In this document: in pieces, positions 52,541 to 61,466 of the stretch
How positions within the stretch are numbered: position 1 is the stretch's first letter
Layout: each line of letters begins with the position of its first letter
DNA from: an uncultured bacterium
Lineage (GTDB): Bacteria > Omnitrophota > Omnitrophia > Omnitrophales > Aquincolibacteriaceae
Direction: 5' to 3'
DNA length: 64,000 nt
Assembly: GCA_964460795.1 (NCBI GenBank)
Contig: CAYWRU010000002.1
Span: 1,173-65,172 of the forward strand
The notes under the pieces: generated by a model
What the model was told of the DNA's origin: nothing
The model's database searches: none
Seen by the model: the letters and a program-made list of their open reading frames with translations, nothing else
Translations under genes and position numbers: made by a program

Positions 52541-53064
52541 TTCTTCCCAGGTTTGTAGTTTTTATTCAACTCAGCCAAGATGGCATCCGTCGCCGCTAAT
52601 TTATCGTCCCGGTAAAGCAGCGCCTTTTCATTAAAAACCATCGTAATGCCATTTTTTTCAGCGTAGGATTTGATGGCACTGTCTAGATCGGAAAAGATTT
52701 CCCGAACCACTTTGCTGCGCGCTTCATCAATATCTTTTTTCACATTGCGGTCAAAATCCTGAAGTCCCTGGATTTTTTGTTCCAAAAGTTCCTGTTTTTT
52801 ATTTTTCATATCGCCATTCATAAGCGCAAGTTCATCCTTCAGCTGACGGATGTCATAAACCAGGGCATCCCGCTTCTCTTCCTGTTTCTTGCCTGAATCT
52901 TGAAGCGTTTTATCCTGATCTTTGGTTTTCTGATAATTATCAAAAAGCTTGGCCACATCTACAAAGGCATACTTTTCATTGCCCGCCCAGGCTGAATTGG
53001 CTCCTGACCAAATAAGCATGGCCCCTAAAACTATTGTAAGTCCGCGTAAGAAATTGTGACGCAT
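52537..53064 (-). CDS. skp: Periplasmic chaperone Skp/OmpH
   Basis: 175 aa with a signal peptide and a K/E/Q-rich coiled-coil body. It lies between bamA and lpxC/fabZ. Confidence 0.8.
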   Translation of the reverse strand: MRHNFLRGLTIVLGAMLIWSGANSAWAGNEKYAFVDVAKLFDNYQKTKDQDKTLQDSGKKQEEKRDALVYDIRQLKDELALMNGDMKNKKQELLEQKIQGLQDFDRNVKKDIDEARSKVVREIFSDLDSAIKSYAEKNGITMVFNEKALLYRDDKLAATDAILAELNKNYKPGKK

Positions 53065-53135
53065 TGTGTATTCTCCTTTACCGTTTGGTTTAACTAGGAT
53101 TAAAAACTCTGAAAGCGATCCATGGGAAGGTTGGA

Positions 53136-55664
53136 TTAGAACCCACGGCTTAGACTAAATTCAAAGCGGCCGTTCCGATTCTTATCGTCCTTATTGATGA
53201 GCGGAAAGCCGTAGTAGAGGGCCACGGGTCCGAGCGGAGTTTTAATTTTAACTCCAGGACCTGCGCTAATCACTGTATCGCCCCACTCAAAAAAATCATA
53301 GGCATCCGGGGTGATGTTCCCAAGGTCCGTAAAAATGACAAACCGGAAAGAATCCAATTTTGGAATCGGAATTGTGTAATCCAAATTGATGACTTCCATA
53401 GTTTGGCCTCCCACCGGATTTCCAGCTTCTTTCGGACCCACGCGACGGTAGTTGTAACCACGCACCGTGCCAAGTCCGCCCGCATAGAAACGATCGAAAA
53501 TGGGCACCGAGGGAGAATCCCCAAATTCTTTGGCTGTTCCCAAGCGAAGACGAGTCTCCACAATATGCTTATTAAAGAAAGACCAGTATTTCGTGGCAGA
53601 TCCCTGCAAAATGTAATAGTCCTGATCGCCGCCCAAAAAACTCCCGATGAGTTCACTGGACAAAGATCCCAAAAATCCTTTCGTGGGATTGAAAACATTA
53701 TCCCGAGTATCGTAGGAAGTGAAAGCCTTCAGGCGCGACAAGAGATTGTCTCCTGCAAAATCCTGCACGCTGGGTCCGGCATCATCTGAAATATCTTTCA
53801 CCGTTACATTCTCAATGGTGTAACCGGTTCCTACGCGTAACACATCGCGGAAGAGGCGGGAAAGCGTATTCGACATCCCGAGGCGATTCTCAGCAAAATC
53901 CACCTGATACGCGTCTTCATGAGTGCGGTAAAGATCTAAACTATACCCAACAGGTTTATTGAAAAGATAGGGTTCTGAAAAATTCATACTATAAGAAGAG
54001 TTTTCCATACCCACACGAGCTTTTAAGGATAAATTTTGTCCGCCGCCCGTAAATCTTGGCCAATTAAAAAGATCAAAATTCCGCTGGGCCACTTCTGCAA
54101 AGCCTACCAAGTTATCAATGGAACTAACGCCGCCGCCGAAAGAGAGTTCTCCGGTCCGTTTTTCTTTAACACGAAAGACGAGATCTTTCCGGTTCTGCGC
54201 CGACGGAGCCGGTTCCGTGTCATAAGTAACTTCTTCAAAAAACCCAAGGTTTTCAAGGCGTTGTTTAGATTTTTTTATTTTTTCTCCGTCAAATTTATCT
54301 CCGGGACGGATCCTGAGTTCGCGGCGAACAACCAGATCCTTCGTTTTAGTGTTGCCACGCACCATGACTTTTTCCACAAAATAAAGATCCCCTTCATCAA
54401 TGGTATAAGTCACATCCATCTTTTTCGTCGCATCATTTAAATGCGTATCCGGAACAATGCGGGCATCCATATATCCGCGATTCTGATAATAGTCGCGGAC
54501 TTTTTCAATATCCTGGGAGAGATAATATTGGGAGAATGTCTGGCCGGGCAGCATCTCAAGCTCCTGCCAAATCTCAGATTCAGGAAAAACTTTAGTGCCG
54601 GCAATTTTAATTTCGCCGCACACATAGCGCTCGCCTTCTTCTACCGTGATCTTGATATGAATGGCCTGCTTGGTTGCATCATAAGAAAAGTCCGGCGCTA
54701 CTTTCACATCTAAATAGCCTTCTTTTTGATAAAAAAGCTGGATGCGCTCAAGGTCTTCATCAAAATCCGCATTTTTTAAGACACCGGACCGAAAGAGCCA
54801 GCCCTTGGGTTTAGTTTTCATCAATTTTTTGAGCTGTTTCACCTTGAAGGCCTTAACACCCTCAAAATCAATGGAGCGGATTTTGTATTTTTCACCCTCG
54901 TTCACGCGGATGATGATGGTCGTCTCGTTCGTCACGCGGTCGACATTGACTTCCGATTCAATGTCGACATTTTTAAATCCCTTATTGGAATAAAGTTTTT
55001 TCACGGCCTCCACGCCGCTCTTGACTGCTTTTCGGTCCAAAACCTGCCCCTCCAACACCTTGAGTTCTTTGCGGAGCTTCTCTTCTTTGAAGGATTTTGC
55101 GCCCTCAATCACAATTTTTTTGACCACTGGTTTTTCAATCACCACCACCACGAGCTCATAACCTTCTGACTTTTCATTCACCTCGATTTTAATATCTTCA
55201 AAATAACCGGTCGCATAAAGACGCTTGATATCTTCATTAACCGTTTCTTGAACCAAAGGCTCCCCTTTTTGAGAGCGCAGCTTGGAGAGAATCGTATTGG
55301 TGCTGACAATATAATTACCCCGAACTTCAATGCCAGTCACGTGGGCGGCCGGCTTCGCAGGTTCAGACGCCGCTGGAGCAGGGAGGGAAGTTGCGGCGGT
55401 TGGAGCTGCAGACGCTGGAGCGTTCGAAAGCGGCTTTGTTTCCGTGACAACCGCAGGCGTTTGGGCTGCAGTAGATGCTATGGATTCTTCCGTCGGAGCG
55501 GGTTCTGTTGCCGGAGCAGGAGCTGGGGTCGAATCCGATTTAAGAGCCTGGATATCTGCTTCGAGCTGTTTATCCAAATCCTCTTTGGTTCCCTCAGCGC
55601 GGAGAGGACTGGCGAGAATCAAAAGCAGCAAAAAAAATACCCCCGAGGGGAACACTCGCTTCAT
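53136..55664 (-). CDS. bamA: Outer-membrane protein assembly factor BamA
   Basis: 842 aa with a signal peptide, POTRA repeats, and a C-terminal beta-barrel ending ...RFEFSLSRGF. It has an unusual ~100-aa Ala/Pro/Thr-rich N-terminal spacer. Confidence 0.9.
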   Translation of the reverse strand: MKRVFPSGVFFLLLLILASPLRAEGTKEDLDKQLEADIQALKSDSTPAPAPATEPAPTEESIASTAAQTPAVVTETKPLSNAPASAAPTAATSLPAPAASEPAKPAAHVTGIEVRGNYIVSTNTILSKLRSQKGEPLVQETVNEDIKRLYATGYFEDIKIEVNEKSEGYELVVVVIEKPVVKKIVIEGAKSFKEEKLRKELKVLEGQVLDRKAVKSGVEAVKKLYSNKGFKNVDIESEVNVDRVTNETTIIIRVNEGEKYKIRSIDFEGVKAFKVKQLKKLMKTKPKGWLFRSGVLKNADFDEDLERIQLFYQKEGYLDVKVAPDFSYDATKQAIHIKITVEEGERYVCGEIKIAGTKVFPESEIWQELEMLPGQTFSQYYLSQDIEKVRDYYQNRGYMDARIVPDTHLNDATKKMDVTYTIDEGDLYFVEKVMVRGNTKTKDLVVRRELRIRPGDKFDGEKIKKSKQRLENLGFFEEVTYDTEPAPSAQNRKDLVFRVKEKRTGELSFGGGVSSIDNLVGFAEVAQRNFDLFNWPRFTGGGQNLSLKARVGMENSSYSMNFSEPYLFNKPVGYSLDLYRTHEDAYQVDFAENRLGMSNTLSRLFRDVLRVGTGYTIENVTVKDISDDAGPSVQDFAGDNLLSRLKAFTSYDTRDNVFNPTKGFLGSLSSELIGSFLGGDQDYYILQGSATKYWSFFNKHIVETRLRLGTAKEFGDSPSVPIFDRFYAGGLGTVRGYNYRRVGPKEAGNPVGGQTMEVINLDYTIPIPKLDSFRFVIFTDLGNITPDAYDFFEWGDTVISAGPGVKIKTPLGPVALYYGFPLINKDDKNRNGRFEFSLSRGF

Positions 55665-57028
55665 TCAGCCGATCCTTCCGATTGACGATGCTCAGGATTA
55701 TCGAAACGGGTCCAGTCTTTCATAAATACAAGCTCAACAGAACCAATCGGTCCATTTCGCTGCTTGGCGATAATGGCTTCCGCTTTGTTTCTATTTTCTT
55801 CAGTAGGATTATAGTACTCTTCACGAAAAAGGAAAACCACAATATCAGCGTCCTGCTCAATCGCGCCTGATTCACGAAGGTCAGAAAGCTGCGGACGATT
55901 TCCGGTCCGGCTTTCCACCGCACGCGACAACTGACTGACCGCAATGACCGGCACACGAAGTTCGCGGGCCAGTGCTTTTAAAGAACGAGAGATTTCTGAA
56001 ATCTCCTGCTGACGACTTTCCATGTTTCCGGATCCCTGCATAAGCTGAAGGTAGTCCACCACCACAAGCTGAATGTCGTGCTGCATTTTGAGCCGGCGAG
56101 ATTTGGTGCGGACTTCCAAGATAGACTGTCCGGGCGTATCATCAATAAAAATCGGCGCCTCGGCCAAACGTCCGGCCGCGCTTGTCAGCTTCGGCCAATC
56201 CTGATGAGAAAGATATCCGGTACGAACTTTCTGAGCATCCACCCGCGCATGCGAGCAAAGCATACGCTGGACCAGCTGCTCTTTGCTCATTTCCAAGGAA
56301 AAGAAAGCGAGCGGTTTTTTTTGAACAATTCCGACGTTTTCACAAAGGGAAAGCACAAAGGCTGATTTTCCCATCGAGGGACGGCCGGCAATAATAATGA
56401 GGTCTGAGGGCTGAAGTCCGGCGGTTTTGACGTCAAATTCATAAAACTGCGTTGCCACGCCGGTCACGTGTTCTTTGCGCTGATAGAGGCGGTCAATGGT
56501 CTCCATGCTGTCATGGATAATTTCCTTCATCGAGAAAAATTTTCCCTCAATGCGGTCCTGGCTGACCTCGAAGATCATTTTCTCCGCATCATTCAACACC
56601 TGCTGAACATTATCCTGAGATTCGAAACAATCCTGAACAATGTCGCTGGCATTGCGGATCATTTTTCGAAGCAGGGCTTTTTCTTTAACAATGTGAGCGT
56701 AGTGTTCAATATGCGCAGCGGTGGGAACAGAAAGGGTAAGTTGGGTAATTGCAGCCATGCCGCCGACTTCTTCCAGCTGACCGCGAGCCTTGAGCTCATC
56801 CGAAACAGTCACCAGATCAATGGGGCGCGCCTTATCAAAAAGGGTCTGCATGACGGAAAAAACTTTGGCGTGACTTTGATCGTAGAAAAAATCGGGGCGC
56901 AGAAGTTCAAGGGCGCGGACAAGCGCTCCTTCCTCAAAAAGCATGGCTCCGAGAACGCTCATTTCAGCTTCTCGGTTTTGAGGAGGAATTTTTTCGAGCA
57001 GATTCATGGAAGGCTGCGTATTCCCCAC
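55661..57028 (-). CDS. dnaB: Replicative DNA helicase
   Basis: 455 aa with Walker A GRPSMGKSAF and the LVVVDYLQLM motif. Confidence 0.92.
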   Translation of the reverse strand: MGNTQPSMNLLEKIPPQNREAEMSVLGAMLFEEGALVRALELLRPDFFYDQSHAKVFSVMQTLFDKARPIDLVTVSDELKARGQLEEVGGMAAITQLTLSVPTAAHIEHYAHIVKEKALLRKMIRNASDIVQDCFESQDNVQQVLNDAEKMIFEVSQDRIEGKFFSMKEIIHDSMETIDRLYQRKEHVTGVATQFYEFDVKTAGLQPSDLIIIAGRPSMGKSAFVLSLCENVGIVQKKPLAFFSLEMSKEQLVQRMLCSHARVDAQKVRTGYLSHQDWPKLTSAAGRLAEAPIFIDDTPGQSILEVRTKSRRLKMQHDIQLVVVDYLQLMQGSGNMESRQQEISEISRSLKALARELRVPVIAVSQLSRAVESRTGNRPQLSDLRESGAIEQDADIVVFLFREEYYNPTEENRNKAEAIIAKQRNGPIGSVELVFMKDWTRFDNPEHRQSEGSAE

Positions 57029-57055
57029 TCCATCCTTTCAAGCCGGATCGGGTGA

Positions 57056-57502
57056 TCAGGCTTTGGGAACGACTTCCACCGTGAGACTGGCTTTGACCTC
57101 AGGGTAAAGCTCAACCGTCACAGGAAAGGACCCCAACGTACGAATCGGATCTTTGAGCGAAATCTGTTTTTTTACAAATTTATGACCCTGAGCTTGAAGC
57201 GCAGTCGCGATATCTTCGGTAGTAACAGAGCCAAAGAGTTTTCCCTGCTCACCCGCACGGGCCTCGATCGTTACCTTGAGCTCTCCGAGCTTGGAAGCAG
57301 CTTTTTCTGCCGTAGCTTTTTCTTTGGCATGGCGCGTGGCAGCGCGAGCCTTTTGCTCTTCGACAAATTTTAAATTCTGCTTAGTGACTTCAACTGCCAG
57401 GGTCTGGGGAAAAAGAAAATTGCGCGCATACCCATCACGAACGCGAACCACTTGCCCCTTGCGCCCCACAGCCTCCACATCTTTTAGAAGAATCAATTCC
57501 AT
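57056..57502 (-). CDS. rplI: 50S ribosomal protein L9
   Basis: MELILLKDVEAVGRKGQVVRVRDGYARNFLFP. The start is trimmed from the track's 57598. Confidence 0.9.
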   Translation of the reverse strand: MELILLKDVEAVGRKGQVVRVRDGYARNFLFPQTLAVEVTKQNLKFVEEQKARAATRHAKEKATAEKAASKLGELKVTIEARAGEQGKLFGSVTTEDIATALQAQGHKFVKKQISLKDPIRTLGSFPVTVELYPEVKASLTVEVVPKA

Positions 57503-57516
57503 ATCATCCCCTCGAG

Positions 57517-57828
57517 TTAGTCTACCTGAAAGGCAAGAACTCCCGCATGGCGGGCGATCTTGATGATCCGGGCCAGGATACGCTGACACTTGGCGCAATT
57601 CCCAGTAATACGCCTCGGAATAATTTTGCCTTTTTCCGTTAGGAATTTTCGTAAGCGCTCAGAATCTTTAAAATCCAGAGTCGATGTTTTTTCTGCGCAC
57701 AAGCGGCAGGTTTTCTTAATAAAAACTCGGCCTCGCGGCGGACGTCCGCCGGGTCCAGCTCGGCGAGAATCAGGCCCCGATCCTGCGGGACGGCGTGTCG
57801 ATGAAGACGAAGAACGTGGATACATCAA
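57517..57828 (-). CDS. rpsR: 30S ribosomal protein S18
   Basis: IIPRRITGNCAKCQRILARIIKIARHAGVL. It has an Arg/Gly/Pro-rich N-terminal extension, and the exact start is uncertain. Confidence 0.85.
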   Translation of the reverse strand: MMYPRSSSSSTRRPAGSGPDSRRAGPGGRPPRGRVFIKKTCRLCAEKTSTLDFKDSERLRKFLTEKGKIIPRRITGNCAKCQRILARIIKIARHAGVLAFQVD

Positions 57829-57855
57829 AAAACTCCTTTTAAATTAACCTTTGAT

Positions 57856-58353
57856 TTAAAACGGGACTTCATCATCAGGCTGAAGATCTCCGCCCGAAGA
57901 GGGTGTAGGGCGCTTTCCCCGCGGTGAAGCGGACATATTGTCCATTTCTTCATAGACTGCATTTTCATCAACCGGAATATCCTGCGCCACCGGAGCATCG
58001 CCCCCGCGGCTGGCTCCTCCGCCACGCCCCAGAAACTGTACGCTTTGCGCAATCACTTCCAAAGTGGAACGTTTCGTTCCATCTTGAGCATCCCAGCTCC
58101 GACTCTGAAGGCGTCCTTCGACAAAAACAGGACTCCCCTTTTTGAGATATTCATTACAAATTTCTGCAAGACGAGCCCACACCACAATGCGGACAAAACT
58201 CACTTCTTCTTTTTTTTCACCGGTCTGGGAAGTGTAATTACGATTGACCGCAATCGTAAAAGACGCCACTCCCTGTCCGGATGGGAGATAACGCATTTCC
58301 GGATCACGCGTCAGGTTTCCCATCAAGAGCGTTTTATTAAAGCTCGCTGCCAT
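57856..58353 (-). CDS. ssb: Single-stranded DNA-binding protein
   Basis: 165 aa with an OB-fold N-terminus (LMGNLTRDPEMRYLPSG) and an acidic tip DDEVPF. Confidence 0.9.
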   Translation of the reverse strand: MAASFNKTLLMGNLTRDPEMRYLPSGQGVASFTIAVNRNYTSQTGEKKEEVSFVRIVVWARLAEICNEYLKKGSPVFVEGRLQSRSWDAQDGTKRSTLEVIAQSVQFLGRGGGASRGGDAPVAQDIPVDENAVYEEMDNMSASPRGKRPTPSSGGDLQPDDEVPF

Positions 58354-58356
58354 AAT

Positions 58357-58797
58357 TTATTGAACCGGTGATTTTTCTGAGGTTTTGGGTGCTGCAACGC
58401 TCGAAACCGGAGCGCGTCGCGGAGCTCTAGAAGGAGCCGCGATAGCCGTTGCTGCAGGCGCCGGTGTTTTTCCGGGAGCGGGAAGCTCCGGCTTCGGAAT
58501 CTTAACCGTGACCATATACTTCAAAAGATCTTCCTGGAGTTCCCAGGTCTTACGAAGTTCCTGCTGCTGCGTAGGCTCCATATCAAAGTCAATGACCACA
58601 TGATAGCCTTCACGAAATTTTTTGAGCAAATAACCCAGCGGCTTACGGCCCAATTCATGTCGTTGAGAAATTTTGCCACCAAATTTCTGAATCGTGGTCT
58701 CAAGCACATTCATCTGCGTCTTTCGCACATCCGCTGTAGCATCGGGCGGAAGAACAAAAAAACCTTCGTACGTTTTCATGAAAATCTTCTCCTTCAA
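58357..58797 (-). CDS. rpsF: 30S ribosomal protein S6
   Basis: MKTYEGFFVL...; the start could be 58797 or 58779. It has an Ala/Pro-rich C-terminal tail. Confidence 0.88.
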   Translation of the reverse strand: MKEKIFMKTYEGFFVLPPDATADVRKTQMNVLETTIQKFGGKISQRHELGRKPLGYLLKKFREGYHVVIDFDMEPTQQQELRKTWELQEDLLKYMVTVKIPKPELPAPGKTPAPAATAIAAPSRAPRRAPVSSVAAPKTSEKSPVQ

Positions 58798-58959
58798 GAA
58801 AGAATGATGAATCCCGGTATGAACGACACGCCTAATGAAACTCTTTGAGAGGTCATCTCTGAGGATTCAAACGGTGCAACAATGTAACACAGAAGCTTTG
58901 GAGGCGCAAGTCCTGGTTTTACGATTTAACTTCAATAGTAGCAATGATTTATGAAAATC

Positions 58960-59577
58960 TCAAGATTCTGAATCCTGAGGAGCGTTCACTTGGTTCATGG
59001 CCTTGGAAAGAGGTCCTTCGGCCCAGAGAAGGCAAGCTTGCGCGGTTCGCGCTGCTACTTCCGGCCATCCAAACTCCTCGGATTTTGTAAAAGGATCCAG
59101 CACATACTCCTCGAGAGGAACAGAGATCATTTGCGCAGAATCTTTTCCGGAATCAGGATCCGGCTCAGGCCCCACTCCGATTCGGAGCCGAGAAAAATTC
59201 GAAGTGCCCAGTTTTGCTTGGATGGATTTGAGTCCGTTATGTCCTCCATCACTTCCCTGTCCGCGCAAACGAAGCCGACCAAAAGGAAGCGCTGCTTCAT
59301 CCACCAAAATGAGCAGCTCTTCTTCCGGACGGACTCCATAGGAGAGCACCAGACGCGAAATACTTTCTCCGGACACATTCATAAAATCATCCGGATAGGC
59401 TAGAACAAGCGGACCTTCAGAACTTTCCCAGGAAGCGCACCAAGCGCGGTCTGATTTTTGAAGAGAAAATCGAAGAGAATGAGAAGCCGCCAGGGATTCA
59501 ATCGCCCGGCGGCCTGCATTGTGGCGAGTCTTAAAATATTTTGCCTCAGGATTGCCAAGTCCAACGATCAGTTTCAT
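58960..59577 (-). CDS. pth: Peptidyl-tRNA hydrolase
   Basis: MKLIVGLGNPEAKYFKTRHNAG. The start is trimmed to 59577, because the track ORF extends into rplY in another frame. Confidence 0.9.
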   Translation of the reverse strand: MKLIVGLGNPEAKYFKTRHNAGRRAIESLAASHSLRFSLQKSDRAWCASWESSEGPLVLAYPDDFMNVSGESISRLVLSYGVRPEEELLILVDEAALPFGRLRLRGQGSDGGHNGLKSIQAKLGTSNFSRLRIGVGPEPDPDSGKDSAQMISVPLEEYVLDPFTKSEEFGWPEVAARTAQACLLWAEGPLSKAMNQVNAPQDSES

Positions 59578-59593
59578 GAGGCTTTGACAAAGG

Positions 59594-60304
59594 TTAGGCT
59601 TTGGGCGGAGCAGCCTGTTTCGCAGGCGCAGCAGCTCCCGCGTCCTTTTCCTTATCTTCGTCCTTCTTGCCCTTTTCAATGACTTCCGGCTGGACAGCTT
59701 CTGCGCCTTCAGCAGCAGGAGCGGCTTCTTCTTCAGCGCGCGGCGCATGAATCGCAACCACCACATCATCCTCTGGCAAAGTGCAGCGCACACCTTCGGG
59801 AAGCACAAGATCCTTGACATGCACGGTTCCGCCCAGTTTCAAGCCTTTAACATTCACATCAATTTTTTGCGGAATGGCCAGCGGCAAGCACTCCACTTCG
59901 ATTTCATGATGAACTGTATCCAAAATACCGCCCGACTTAATACCTTCAGCTTCATCGGCATGCAGCACCACAAGCGGAACATTGACCACGATTTTTTCCG
60001 TCATGGAAATCACGGTGAAATCGATGTGTGCAATATGATCCGTCACCGGATTATGTTGGATGGCTTTGATGCGGCAAGTACTCTCTTTAAGCTTGGCATC
60101 CTGAACATCCAAATCAATGATGACGTTGGCTCCGGCTTTCGTATGCAAAACCTTCTGAAGATCCCGGACTCCCACCTGAAGCGATACTGGCTTCATGCCA
60201 TGACCATACACCACGGCAGGCACAAAACCCGAGCGGCGGAGCCGTCCCGCAGTTCTTGATCCATCCGTCACTCTTGTCGTTGCAACTAAAGTTGTTTTTT
60301 CCAT
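59594..60304 (-). CDS. rplY: 50S ribosomal protein L25 / general stress protein Ctc
   Basis: 236 aa with GRLRRSGFVPAVVYG and a charged Ala/Pro/Lys-rich C-terminal tail. Confidence 0.88.
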   Translation of the reverse strand: MEKTTLVATTRVTDGSRTAGRLRRSGFVPAVVYGHGMKPVSLQVGVRDLQKVLHTKAGANVIIDLDVQDAKLKESTCRIKAIQHNPVTDHIAHIDFTVISMTEKIVVNVPLVVLHADEAEGIKSGGILDTVHHEIEVECLPLAIPQKIDVNVKGLKLGGTVHVKDLVLPEGVRCTLPEDDVVVAIHAPRAEEEAAPAAEGAEAVQPEVIEKGKKDEDKEKDAGAAAPAKQAAPPKA

Positions 60305-60328
60305 AAAATTGATTCCTCCTTGAATCGA

Positions 60329-60392
60329 ATCTAAAAAAGTTCAAACGCTATCAACGTTCGAGATGTTTGAAAGTCGCGGCTGACATGCCGCG
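60329..60392 (-). terminator. Possible terminator/attenuator downstream of prs
   Basis: On the minus strand there is a GC hairpin CGCGGC-atgtca-GCCGCG (60375-60392). A second imperfect hairpin (60339-60362) follows and is trailed by a U6 tract (A-run 60333-60338 on +). The rplY SD GGAGGAATC follows at 60311-60319. Confidence 0.4.
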
Positions 60393-60393
60393 T

Positions 60394-61389
60394 TTATGCT
60401 TCGACGCCCGCCTGTTCAAAAAGTGAACTGACGGATACATGCGCATGGATACGCGCAATGGCTTCTGCCAGAAGGGGCGCCACAGAAAGTTGCTCTATTT
60501 TTCCGTTTTGTTTTTCCGGTAACACCGGAATTGAATTGGTAACCACTAATTTTGAAAGTTCTGAACTCTTAATGCGCTCAATGGCAGGACCTGCAAGGAC
60601 CGGGTGAACGACCGCGGCAAAAATATCCAAGGCTCCGGCACGCTTCAGAGCGGCCGCAGCTTCGCAGATGGATCCGCCGGTGGAAATCATATCATCCACC
60701 ATCACCACATTCTTCCCCTTCACTTCTCCGATAATATTCATGACATGCGTGGAGGTCGCGCTTTCGCGGCGCTTGTCCACAATGGCAAAAGGCGCCTGAA
60801 GCATGGAGGCGTAGGCGCGCGCCATTCGGGTTCCGCCCACATCCGGAGCCACCACAACCATGTTCGTAATTTTTCGATTCGTAAAATATTCGCCGAGTAC
60901 TTTGATGGAATAAAGATGATCCACTGGGATATCAAAAAATCCCTGGATCTGACCGGCATGCAAATCCATGGTCAAAACGCGGTCCGCACCCGCTTCCGTA
61001 ATTAAATTTGCAACGAGTTTTGCCGTGATCGGAACCCGAGGGCGATCTTTGCGGTCTTGACGCGCATAACCAAAAAAAGGAAGCACGGCCGTGATGCGCT
61101 GAGCGGAGGCGCGGCGCGCGGCATCAATTAAAATCAAAAGCTCCATCAAGTTATCGTTCGGCGGCGTGCAAATCGACTGAACAATATAAACATCTTTTCC
61201 GCGCACATTTTCCCGAATCTGGACGCGAATTTCTCCTTCGGGGAAACGGTCCACCAAGGCATCGCCCAAGGGTTTGCCTAAAAGCGATGCAATCTCCTCC
61301 ACAAGCGGACGATTGGAATTTCCCCCAAAAATCGTGAGGGTGTCATCTTCCCGAAAATCTGAATGGTAGTTCTTTTTAGATACTTTCAT
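60394..61389 (-). CDS. prs: Ribose-phosphate pyrophosphokinase
   Basis: 331 aa with DLHAGQIQGFF and the PRPP loop VVMVDDMISTGGS. Confidence 0.92.
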   Translation of the reverse strand: MKVSKKNYHSDFREDDTLTIFGGNSNRPLVEEIASLLGKPLGDALVDRFPEGEIRVQIRENVRGKDVYIVQSICTPPNDNLMELLILIDAARRASAQRITAVLPFFGYARQDRKDRPRVPITAKLVANLITEAGADRVLTMDLHAGQIQGFFDIPVDHLYSIKVLGEYFTNRKITNMVVVAPDVGGTRMARAYASMLQAPFAIVDKRRESATSTHVMNIIGEVKGKNVVMVDDMISTGGSICEAAAALKRAGALDIFAAVVHPVLAGPAIERIKSSELSKLVVTNSIPVLPEKQNGKIEQLSVAPLLAEAIARIHAHVSVSSLFEQAGVEA

Positions 61390-61466
61390 GAGTTGCCTTA
61401 AGACTGGGTTAAAGGCCGGGTATTATAGGGAAAACAGGCCCTGGAATACAAGTCTGGTTTTTGAAG

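Noticed and set aside
55248-55725. The + strand ORFs 55248-55685 and 55330-55725 (Gly/Arg/Ala-rich).
   Set aside because: They are mirror images of the Ala/Pro-rich BamA N-terminal spacer and are compositional artefacts.
57503-59820. N-terminal extensions of track ORFs: L9 (to 57598) and pth (to 59820). Likewise maf (to 25770), lpxB (from 44816) and the secreted protein (from 41089).
   Set aside because: The extensions overlap the neighbouring conserved gene or a repeat element and lack similarity to the family. Conserved N-termini with plausible starts lie further in.
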